From assembly GCA_015063685.1 (NCBI GenBank), contig SVTR01000004.1, forward strand, positions 3,826-67,825: 64,000 nucleotides of DNA, in the 5' to 3' direction. Below, in pieces: positions 44,528-51,839 of the stretch. Each line of letters begins with the position of its first letter. Position 1 is the first letter of the stretch. The notes beneath the pieces were generated by a model. It ran no database searches and was not told the origin of the DNA. It saw only the letters and a program-made list of their open reading frames with translations. The stretch is from Oscillospiraceae bacterium (GTDB taxonomy: Bacteria > Bacillota > Clostridia > Oscillospirales > CAG-272). The position numbers and the translations under genes are program-made.

Positions 44528-45169
44528 ATGAAAAAAACGTATACCCACCTGGTGTGGGATTTTAACGGTACCATTCTGGATGATATACAGTTGGGTATCG
44601 ATTGTGTCAATGTCATGCTGAAAAAGCGTAATCTCAAAACCCTGGACAGCGTGGAGGAATACCGCGCCATCATGAGATTTCCCGTGATTGATTACTACCG
44701 CGACCTTGGATTTGATATGAAAACTGAGGACTATTATGATGTCCTGGCACCGGAATGGGTAGCGCTGTATTTGGCCGGAGAGAAAAACTGTCCTATGATG
44801 CCAGGTGTTCTTACCGTACTGGAGGCGGCAAAAGATGCTGGTATCAAGCAGTTGGTAATTTCTGCAACCAAAACAGAGCAGCTGATGAATCAGCTTGGCC
44901 GTCTGGGGCTCGTTTCCTATTTTGACGAGATCCTTGGCTTGGATAATTTTTATGCCGCTTCCAAAACCGAGCTGGCCGCCGCATGGCGCCGGGCTCATCC
45001 TGAGGCGGTGGTGCTGTCTGTAGGAGATACAGACCACGATGCAGACTTGGGCGATGTGCTGGGCGCGCAATGCTTGCTGTATACAGGCGGGCATCAATCT
45101 GAGGAGCGCCTGTTGACTCGAGGAAAGCCTTTGATCCATCATATTGAGGAAATTATGGCGCATTTTTGA
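44528..45169 (+). CDS. HAD superfamily hydrolase (phosphoglycolate phosphatase-like)
   Basis: Motif I WDFNGTILDD and motif IV-like VGDTDHD. Start at MKKTY (ATG 44528) inside listed ORF 44483..45169. Confidence 0.75.
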   Translation: MKKTYTHLVWDFNGTILDDIQLGIDCVNVMLKKRNLKTLDSVEEYRAIMRFPVIDYYRDLGFDMKTEDYYDVLAPEWVALYLAGEKNCPMMPGVLTVLEAAKDAGIKQLVISATKTEQLMNQLGRLGLVSYFDEILGLDNFYAASKTELAAAWRRAHPEAVVLSVGDTDHDADLGDVLGAQCLLYTGGHQSEERLLTRGKPLIHHIEEIMAHF

Positions 45170-45271
45170 CCCAAGGCGGGGCGTCTGCAAGCTTGCCGAA
45201 GCAGCCGCAAAAAATCTTTGCGGAAATTGAAAAAAATCTTTGCTTTGGCAATTTTTTGCCCGCTTTGACGC

Positions 45272-45300
45272 TTGACATACCGAAAACAATGTGATATAAT
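45272..45300 (+). promoter_or_regulatory. Consensus sigma-A promoter for the SH3 lipoprotein gene
   Basis: TTGACA, 17 nt, TATAAT, with an extended TGA. Confidence 0.6.
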
Positions 45301-45408
45301 GAAGATTGTAAAATAGATATCGAGAACGATTTGTCCCAGAGATATCAGAGCTTTGAACAAATCGCGCGGATCATGTTAAAATACTGAGAAATTCAGGGAG
45401 GAAGAAAA

Positions 45409-46203
45409 ATGAAAAAGAAGCTTTTAGTTGTGTTGTTGGCCTCTATCCTGTTGGTTTCCGCTGTTGCTTGCGGCAATGAGGGCGCAGGAGATGAAACGTC
45501 TGCCGGTGCTGACACCAGCATCCAGGTGCCCGGTACCGATGCGGCCGTTCCCGGTACGGAAGCCGTAACCAATGGTAACGGCACTGCTGAAACAAGTAAG
45601 ACGACCGAGACCCAGAAGCCTTCGAACCCCGACTATAATGAAGAGACCCCCACCTTCAAGGATGTGAATAAGACCCTGTACGTTTGGTACGGCAAGGCAA
45701 CCATCCGCACTTCTACCAATACGGATGACGATGAAAATGCAATTGGCTGGCCTGTGGAGGGCACCCTTCTGACCGCCACCGGCGAGAGCGAGAAGTGGTA
45801 TCGCATCCAGTATAAGGAGCAGACCTGCTACATTTCCAAGACTGTCGTTGGTGACAACGCCAAGATCGCAGAGATGACCGAGGTCAACGAGGAGATCGAG
45901 ATCTCCGGTGACGTGAACGTCCGTACTTATCCCTCTACCGATGGCGGCGACCTCACCAAGAGAGGCCTTCTGAAGAAGGGCGCTAAGGTGACCCGCGTGG
46001 CTAAGGGCGAGGAGTGGAGCTGCATCCTGTTTACCGTGGAGTCCGAGACCGAGACCACGGCCGACGGCAAGCCCAAGACCGAGGAAAAGCGCTACTTCAT
46101 CTTCAACGAGTGCATTAAGAATGACGCCGAAACTACTGCTGCTGAGACGACCGTTGCGACTGAAGCCGCAACCGAAGCCGCAACCGAGGGCGCTACTGCA
46201 TAA
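45409..46203 (+). CDS. Lipoprotein with two bacterial SH3-like domains
   Basis: Lipobox LLVSAVACG. Two SH3b-like segments (ATIRTSTN...WYRIQY and VNVRTYPS...WSCILF), with T/E/A-rich linkers. Confidence 0.7.
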   Translation: MKKKLLVVLLASILLVSAVACGNEGAGDETSAGADTSIQVPGTDAAVPGTEAVTNGNGTAETSKTTETQKPSNPDYNEETPTFKDVNKTLYVWYGKATIRTSTNTDDDENAIGWPVEGTLLTATGESEKWYRIQYKEQTCYISKTVVGDNAKIAEMTEVNEEIEISGDVNVRTYPSTDGGDLTKRGLLKKGAKVTRVAKGEEWSCILFTVESETETTADGKPKTEEKRYFIFNECIKNDAETTAAETTVATEAATEAATEGATA

Positions 46204-46217
46204 TAGCTGAATGATCC

Positions 46218-46250
46218 AGAGACTCCTTCTTGCGAAGGAGTCTCTTTTCT
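46218..46250 (+). terminator. Rho-independent terminator
   Basis: AGAGACTCCTTC-TTGC-GAAGGAGTCTCT followed by TTTCTG. Confidence 0.7.
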
Positions 46251-46296
46251 GTGGATTGAACAAAGGCAGAAACCGTAAACTTTTCCTGAAAAGGGC

Positions 46297-46325
46297 TTGC
46301 ATTTTTTAGGATGTTGTGGTATAAT
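46297..46325 (+). promoter_or_regulatory. Sigma-A type promoter for tRNA-Arg
   Basis: TTGCAT, 17 nt, TATAAT, with an upstream TGG. It lies 16 nt upstream of the tRNA 5' end. Confidence 0.6.
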
Positions 46326-46341
46326 ACTGTAGTATTCATAT

Positions 46342-46418
46342 CTACCCGTGGCACAGCTGGATAGCGCGTCAGACTCCGACTCTGAAGGCCAGCGGTTCGA
46401 ATCCGCTCGGGTAGGCCA
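46342..46418 (+). tRNA. tRNA-Arg (anticodon CCG), with encoded CCA
   Basis: Manual cloverleaf. Acceptor stem CTACCCG/CGGGTAG. Anticodon stem TCAGA/TCTGA with loop CTCCGAC. T arm AGCGG-TTCGAAT-CCGCT. Discriminator G plus CCA. The D stem has one A-C mismatch. Confidence 0.85.
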
Positions 46419-46421
46419 AAA

Positions 46422-46452
46422 AGAAAAGTCGCGCAAGCGGCTTTTTCTTTTT
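46422..46452 (+). terminator. Rho-independent terminator after the tRNA
   Basis: AGAAAAGTCGC-GCAA-GCGGCTTTTTCT followed by a T-run. Confidence 0.65.
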
Positions 46453-46590
46453 GTACTCTTCACTATTCTCTTTTCACTCTTCACTTTTCTCTAAATCTCC
46501 GCGCGACTTTTCCAGAGAAGAGATAAGAGAGAAGAGAGAAAAGAAAAGGTAGCTTTTCTCCTGCGCCTTTGGCGCTTTGGTCGAAAAGCA

Positions 46591-46619
46591 TTGATTTTTA
46601 TTATAAAATGTGATATAAT
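46591..46619 (+). promoter_or_regulatory. Sigma-A type promoter of the AT-rich islet
   Basis: TTGATT, 17 nt, TATAAT, with an extended TGA. Confidence 0.55.
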
Positions 46620-46642
46620 GATTATGAAGTGAGGCGAAGACA

Positions 46643-46987
46643 ATGAACAGCCCATTACTTGAAAAATCAATGGATTTTGCAACGCAGATTGTACTCTTCT
46701 ATGAGGAGTTTTTAAAAAGCAAAAAGGATACGACGATTGCAAAGCAATTATTGCGCTCCGCTACAAGTATCGGCGCGAATATAAACGAAGCTATTTACGG
46801 AAACAGCAAAGCAGACTTTATATCGAAATTACATATTTCGCTCAAAGAAACGGGTGAAAGTATTTATTGGATTACCTTGTTGAAGCGCACAAATTTAGTT
46901 ATTTACGATTTTGATAAGTTGCTTTCGTTAGCCGAAGAAATCAAACGTATGCTGATTTCTTCGCTTAATACTGCCAAATCTACTTAA
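46643..46987 (+). CDS. Four-helix-bundle protein (23S rRNA intervening-sequence protein family)
   Basis: The QLLRSATSIGANINEA and LKETGESIYWITLL pattern is typical of this family. 114 aa, encoded by very AT-rich DNA. Confidence 0.8.
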   Translation: MNSPLLEKSMDFATQIVLFYEEFLKSKKDTTIAKQLLRSATSIGANINEAIYGNSKADFISKLHISLKETGESIYWITLLKRTNLVIYDFDKLLSLAEEIKRMLISSLNTAKST

Positions 46988-46995
46988 GAAAATAA

Positions 46996-47430
46996 ATGAA
47001 AATACTATATACTGCATTCAAAGGAAAAAATAATACTTCTTATCAAGTAGCAAGCCGCTTAAATGGAACTGTTTTATTTCTAACCAATTCTTTTCAAGGG
47101 TTGGAAAAAGATATAGCTACCGTTGTAAATGACTATGATGTTGTTTATATGTTGGGGTGTAATAAGTCATTAAACAACAAAATCAAAATTGAAACTTGTG
47201 CCGAATATAACGGAGAACGGATTTTTACAGAATTTGACATATCGGAGCTAAAAAAAAGAATTGACAATAAACTGTCTTATTCTATTTCATATTCTCCTAC
47301 CAAATATTTGTGTAATGCCGCATTTTATCACATGTTAAAGAAAAATAAAAACACCGTTTTTATACATATTCCTTCGATATCGGGAATGAATAATTGTTTG
47401 ATAGAAGATATAATTGAGCTTTTAAATTAA
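46996..47430 (+). CDS. Minimal pyroglutamyl-peptidase I (C15)-like protein, 144 aa
   Basis: MKILYTAFKG resembles the VLVTGFEPFGG start. IETCAEY resembles the catalytic Glu region, KYLCNAAFYHML resembles the GTFVCN catalytic Cys, and VFIHIPS resembles the GFIHVP catalytic His. It is about 70 aa shorter than canonical Pcp and has no clear RBS. Confidence 0.5.
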   Translation: MKILYTAFKGKNNTSYQVASRLNGTVLFLTNSFQGLEKDIATVVNDYDVVYMLGCNKSLNNKIKIETCAEYNGERIFTEFDISELKKRIDNKLSYSISYSPTKYLCNAAFYHMLKKNKNTVFIHIPSISGMNNCLIEDIIELLN

Positions 47431-47512
47431 GCATTTGAATTTATTTAAAAAATCGCAAAGGTTCAAATCCATCGGTTAAAAAGGTAAAATATCTTTTTTG
47501 TACGCGCTTCAC

Positions 47513-47549
47513 AAAAAGAACACCACCCCTCGTGGGTGGTGTTCTTTTT
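47513..47549. terminator. Bidirectional rho-independent terminator closing the islet and the convergent sigma-fusion gene
   Basis: AAAAAGAACACCACCC-loop-GGGTGGTGTTCTTTTT. Confidence 0.7.
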
Positions 47550-47593
47550 GACTATCCTGGCGGTAAGCAGAAGCCTGCGAAAGCCTTCCCCCT

Positions 47594-49186
47594 TCAGCGC
47601 TTTACCCCGAATATCGCCAGATTGGTCGGCTCGTCGGGAACTGTCAACAGTCCCTTGGCAACCATGGCCTCCAGCACGAAGGCCATCACATCCAAACGGT
47701 GATGAATTTTGGCGACATCAGCAACTCCGCACAGGGTGGTGTCCAAATCGTGAGGCACGTACTGCCGTAGCAGAGTCTCAGCTTTATCCGAAATGGAAAT
47801 CATAAAATCGACGATTTTGTCCCGCATAGGTATCATCATTTCCTCCAGTTGCCAAATGCTATCTTCGGTGAATACGGGAAACAGAGGATGCAGTACGCCG
47901 TCGCGACTCTCGATTATATGATCCCTGATCAGCATGGCGATTACCTCGGGATCTTCTTTGGAGGGGCGCCCCAGGATGGCATCACACATGATTTGTCCTT
48001 TTTCTCGGAAGCGGAAATAATCGTATTTTTGGCAGGTGATCGCCACGCGATAATTCACGGCAGAAAACCAAGCGGTGCCCTCTTGATTGCCCGTGCGCCC
48101 TGTAATGCCGCCGAAATGGTGGTTTTCGTAGTTGTTATCGTAACCGAACAAAAATCCGTTCCCTCCAAGGGGAAGCGCAGGCGGATCCGACACGGGGGAT
48201 TTAAAACAACTCATTTCGTATCCCCGATACAGCAGGATATTGAGTATCATCCAAAGAAGGCGGTTGTCATCATCATCTTTACCCGAGAAATCCAGGCGTC
48301 TGACATCCGAGATCCGCGTCTTCACGGCTTCATGCAGCTCGACAGCCAGCGCATCATATTCCGAAATGGTACGCTTGACAAACTCTTTTTCATAAGCGTC
48401 CGTCACGATGATCAGATTCGTGCGATAGCGGTTGCCATTCTTCGTCATCAGCCCCGCCGCTACCAGCGTGTCCAGTTCATCCTCTAAATAGACCGCCGGT
48501 ACGCCTGTTTCTATGGACAGCTCCCCCTCGGTCATAGGTGCATCGTAGGCCGCCAGCATCAAGGCGCCCGGCAGGCGGCGGTCAAATACATGGCCATAAT
48601 GATTGTTATCACCCCAAAAATCCAAGCGGAATACGCCGGGATCATAGCTTTTTTCTCCGTATTTTCTTGTCATATTCATCCCTTCCTTCAATTGCTTTCT
48701 GGCTTGCGCCAGGTGGTATTTCACCATGTCCACGCTGATACCCAGCTCCCGCGCAATGGTAGCGCAGCTTTTCTGCCCCACATAATAGGCTACCGTCACC
48801 TCCCGTCTGTGTCGGGACAGGGTGGCCAGCTCACGCCGTAGAAGATGAAGCTCTTCGTCGGCAGCCTCCTGCTCGGCGTAGGCCGTGGCAGGGGAGGGAA
48901 CATAAACGCCCAATGCCAGCTCACTTCCTTCATCGGGGAGAGCCGATATCCGCTCACGGAGCTTTTGACGGCGCAGATACATATGAAAAGTATTATCGGC
49001 TACTCGCCACACAAAGCCCCAGAAGGCGGCTTCCTCCCGCAGATGGTTTGCCGAGGACAAAACCTGATAGACGATCTCACCGGCCAGATCGTCAGCCTGA
49101 GTTCGATCGTATAGCTTGCCGTAGGCATAGCCATAAATGGCCTTGATATTTTCCGCAAGCAACGCGGCTGCGCGTTTTCTGTCCAT
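47594..49186 (-). CDS. Sigma-70 family factor fused to a ~350-aa C-terminal domain (contains an extra winged-helix-like segment)
   Basis: Start at MDRKR (ATG 49186) 7 nt after AAGGAG. Region 2 FWGFVWRVADNTFHMYLRR and region 4 SCATIARELGISVDMVKYHLAQARKQLKE are followed by MTEGELSIETGVPAVYLEDELDTLVAAGLM and a further ~300 aa. Confidence 0.8.
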   Translation of the reverse strand: MDRKRAAALLAENIKAIYGYAYGKLYDRTQADDLAGEIVYQVLSSANHLREEAAFWGFVWRVADNTFHMYLRRQKLRERISALPDEGSELALGVYVPSPATAYAEQEAADEELHLLRRELATLSRHRREVTVAYYVGQKSCATIARELGISVDMVKYHLAQARKQLKEGMNMTRKYGEKSYDPGVFRLDFWGDNNHYGHVFDRRLPGALMLAAYDAPMTEGELSIETGVPAVYLEDELDTLVAAGLMTKNGNRYRTNLIIVTDAYEKEFVKRTISEYDALAVELHEAVKTRISDVRRLDFSGKDDDDNRLLWMILNILLYRGYEMSCFKSPVSDPPALPLGGNGFLFGYDNNYENHHFGGITGRTGNQEGTAWFSAVNYRVAITCQKYDYFRFREKGQIMCDAILGRPSKEDPEVIAMLIRDHIIESRDGVLHPLFPVFTEDSIWQLEEMMIPMRDKIVDFMISISDKAETLLRQYVPHDLDTTLCGVADVAKIHHRLDVMAFVLEAMVAKGLLTVPDEPTNLAIFGVKR

Positions 49187-49274
49187 GGTGTACTCCTTGT
49201 TTGAATGCATTCGGTTATATAGTGTCGGAGGGAGGGTGGTGGTGAGGGGTGGGAGAAAATAAATTTTGAAAGGT

Positions 49275-49800
49275 AAATTGTTGTTTGCCGGCCGTGCCGG
49301 CTGCCAATGCCGGGGATGTGCATCCCGTGCAAGCTACATCACACGATGGGCGATACAACGGTAAATTGTTGTTTACCACCTGCGGTGGGGGCGGCCGTGC
49401 CGCGGCCAATGCTCGGGGGAGTTCATCCCGTGCCATAGACATCACACGATGGGTAGTTGGTCAGATAAATTGTTGTTTGCGTGGGCTTACTATGAACCCG
49501 TAGGGGCGAACTGCGTTCGCCCGCCGTTCCCCAAAAGCCTTTGCTTATCAATATACTTTTTATTACGGGCGAACACAGTTCGCCCCTACGACCATGTTGC
49601 TCAGAAAACCGTAAACAACAATTTACCGGTTTATTACCCCTCGCGGTATGCGGCTCGCATGGGTTGCACATCCCCGTTTTTGGCCGCGGGCACTGCCCGC
49701 AAACAACAATTTACCGCTTATATCCCATCGTGGGATGTAGATCAACATGGGATACACTACCCCGAGCCAAAGCCCCACCGCAGGTGGTAAGCAACAATTT
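49275..49800. repeat. Mirrored array of ~88-nt AAATTGTTGTTT-units around a central REP pair (locus C)
   Basis: Forward units start at 49275, 49363 and 49467. Reverse-orientation 12-mers end at 49624, 49712 and 49800. The central REP pair is at 49500-49589. Confidence 0.8.
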
Positions 49801-49852
49801 ATCTTCCGCTGTATAAAACAATAAAGGAAAGCCCGCAGGCTTTCCTTGTATG

Positions 49853-50506
49853 TCACCGATAATCAAACCGTTCCCCCGTCTCCATGAGAAAGCACCGGGC
49901 GGCGGTGATCTCGGACAGTCTTGCCTCCATGTCGGCATAGTGAATCTTTTTCACCGCCAAAGTCAGGGTCACCCGATCCGAAAACTCACTGTCGTCGGTC
50001 ACAACACCGTACTTGGGTAGCTCCTGAAGAATAAGCTGATAATCGGAGTAGGTGGTTTCCAGCATAAACTCGGTGTATTTTTCGTAGGTGATGATCTTGG
50101 CTGCCTCCAAGGCGATGGTGGCAGCGTGAGAATAGGCGCGGACAAGACCTCCCACCCCCAAAAGAATGCCGCCAAAATAACGGGTGGTCACCACCACGGC
50201 GTCAAAGACCCCTTTTTTGCGGATAGCCTCCAAGGTGGGAAGCCCTGACGAGCCTTGGGGCTCGCCGTCGTCGGAATACCTTGCCGCCAGCTCGTTGGAG
50301 GTTCCCTTGCTGATGCGGTAGGCCCAGACGTTATGGGTGGCGTCGGCGTACTGCTTTTGCAGGCTCTTGATGAAGGCCATGGCATCCTCTTCACTCTCTA
50401 CGTGGGCGGCATGACCGATAAATTCGGAGCGCTTTTCTTCAAATCTGTCCTCGCCCTCGCCCGCCAATGTGGTATACAGAACGGGAGCGACGCTGTTTTC
50501 ACTCAT
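49853..50506 (-). CDS. yigZ: YigZ/IMPACT family protein
   Basis: KRSEFIGHAAHV, THNVWAYRI and YSDDGEPQGSSGLP. Start at MSENS (ATG 50506) after AAGGAG, overlapping the NUDIX gene by 8 nt. Confidence 0.85.
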   Translation of the reverse strand: MSENSVAPVLYTTLAGEGEDRFEEKRSEFIGHAAHVESEEDAMAFIKSLQKQYADATHNVWAYRISKGTSNELAARYSDDGEPQGSSGLPTLEAIRKKGVFDAVVVTTRYFGGILLGVGGLVRAYSHAATIALEAAKIITYEKYTEFMLETTYSDYQLILQELPKYGVVTDDSEFSDRVTLTLAVKKIHYADMEARLSEITAARCFLMETGERFDYR

Positions 50507-51092
50507 GATTCTTCTCCTTGGGATTATTTTCAAGCGTGGAAACTTCCTCTTCCGTAGGTTGCAGCCAGGCGTCATCTCCGATGATATCGGTCAGCTTGGC
50601 CTTGACAAAGCCGTAGCGCATGGCGCAGGGCGGGGGGATCAGACCCTTGTGGATCATAGTCTCAAATTCACAGAAGGTGACCCACTGGAAATCCACGGTC
50701 TCACCCTCTTGCAGGGTGATGGTCGCATCCTCATCCGCCCTGTCGAGGTGGCAGAGGTAGCAATCCATAAAGGCTGACGGTTCCCGGAGGGTGCCGAGAT
50801 AGATCAGCTCCTCCTTAGGGACATTGATACCCGTTTCCTCCGACAACTCACGCCACGCGGAAGTCAGGCTGTCCTCGCCGCTGAGACCCGAGCCGCCGGT
50901 GAATTCCCAGTAACCGGGATACATCCCTTTGGTAGGGGCGCGGAGGGTCAGAAGCAGGCGGTTGGCCGCATCCACGGTAAACACCGAGACAACGGTATGA
51001 TAGGTGTGGGGCGGCATAGGGTACTGTCGCCCACGGGGATGGGTAATACCCAGGGGGGTGCGGTCTTTATCAAGTAAATCCCAGAGTTCCAT
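50499..51092 (-). CDS. NUDIX hydrolase
   Basis: Nudix box GGSGLSGEDSLTSAWRELSEETGI. Confidence 0.85.
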   Translation of the reverse strand: MELWDLLDKDRTPLGITHPRGRQYPMPPHTYHTVVSVFTVDAANRLLLTLRAPTKGMYPGYWEFTGGSGLSGEDSLTSAWRELSEETGINVPKEELIYLGTLREPSAFMDCYLCHLDRADEDATITLQEGETVDFQWVTFCEFETMIHKGLIPPPCAMRYGFVKAKLTDIIGDDAWLQPTEEEVSTLENNPKEKNHE

Positions 51093-51101
51093 AATGGCTC
51101 C

Positions 51102-51674
51102 TTATATCATGACAATGGATTGTTCGTCGGTCAGCGCTACGACCTTTCGCCCCGCCGTCGTCAGCTCGTCTAGATGGCTTTCACGGGCTGGGGTGAAGTG
51201 GCAGAGCAAGGTCATGTCTGTCAGACCCAAGCCCCGAAGGTCAGTCATGCCCGCGGGCGGGGCATCGTAGCGGGTGACGTGAGTGAGGTCGCCGCAGACT
51301 ATATGCGCTCCTGCGCTTCCTCCGATATATGTCACTCCCGATTGGATATAACGAATGATCTCACGGTCAAAACCACTTTTGCGGATGTGGTCAAGGGTGG
51401 AGAAGGTATTGCCACCACTGATATAGAGGACATCGATGTCCAGGCCAACTGAGGGGGCGGGATCGGCGTAGTCCAGCACGCGGACAAGGGCGGGATCAAA
51501 GCCCAGCTCCGCCATACGGGCGTGATACTTGCCGCCTGTCACCTTGTCGGAGGTGGCTTTTTCGTTGGGGATGAACAGGAGATGGCACTCCGAAAGGGGC
51601 TTCGGGAGGTTGTCCAGAATGACCTGGCGGGAGCGCTCGTTGCGGAAGTCGCAGGAAGATAGAATGAGTTTCAT
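51102..51674 (-). CDS. Peptidase S51 (dipeptidase E-like) family protein
   Basis: ISGGNTFSTL and YIGGSAGAHIV motifs; 190 aa. Confidence 0.8.
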   Translation of the reverse strand: MKLILSSCDFRNERSRQVILDNLPKPLSECHLLFIPNEKATSDKVTGGKYHARMAELGFDPALVRVLDYADPAPSVGLDIDVLYISGGNTFSTLDHIRKSGFDREIIRYIQSGVTYIGGSAGAHIVCGDLTHVTRYDAPPAGMTDLRGLGLTDMTLLCHFTPARESHLDELTTAGRKVVALTDEQSIVMI

Positions 51675-51724
51675 AGCGGCTCCTTGGAATGTTAAGGTGG
51701 AAATTCATTTTGACTAATTCAGTC

Positions 51725-51816
51725 GTAGGGGCGAACTGCGTTCGCCCGCAAGTTAAGACAGATCAAATTTTGATAACGGTGATTGGGATAAGCGGGCGAA
51801 CACAGTTCGCCCCTAC
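51725..51816. repeat. REP pair (head to head), 92 bp
   Basis: GTAGGGGCGAACTGCGTTCGCCCG (51725-51748) and CGGGCGAACACAGTTCGCCCCTAC (51793-51816). These are the same termini and spacing as the pair at 49500-49589, with a different interior. Confidence 0.7.
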
Positions 51817-51839
51817 GGCATCGTAGAAATCGCCACAAA

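Noticed and set aside
47460-47475. A second tRNA gene or pseudogene after the islet
   Set aside because: Only a T-arm-like 16-mer is present and no cloverleaf can be drawn. I keep it only as a possible decayed att repeat.
49275-49800. Possible CRISPR array
   Set aside because: The repeats are about 88 nt, contiguous with no unique spacers, and arranged as mirror images. No cas genes are present in the window.
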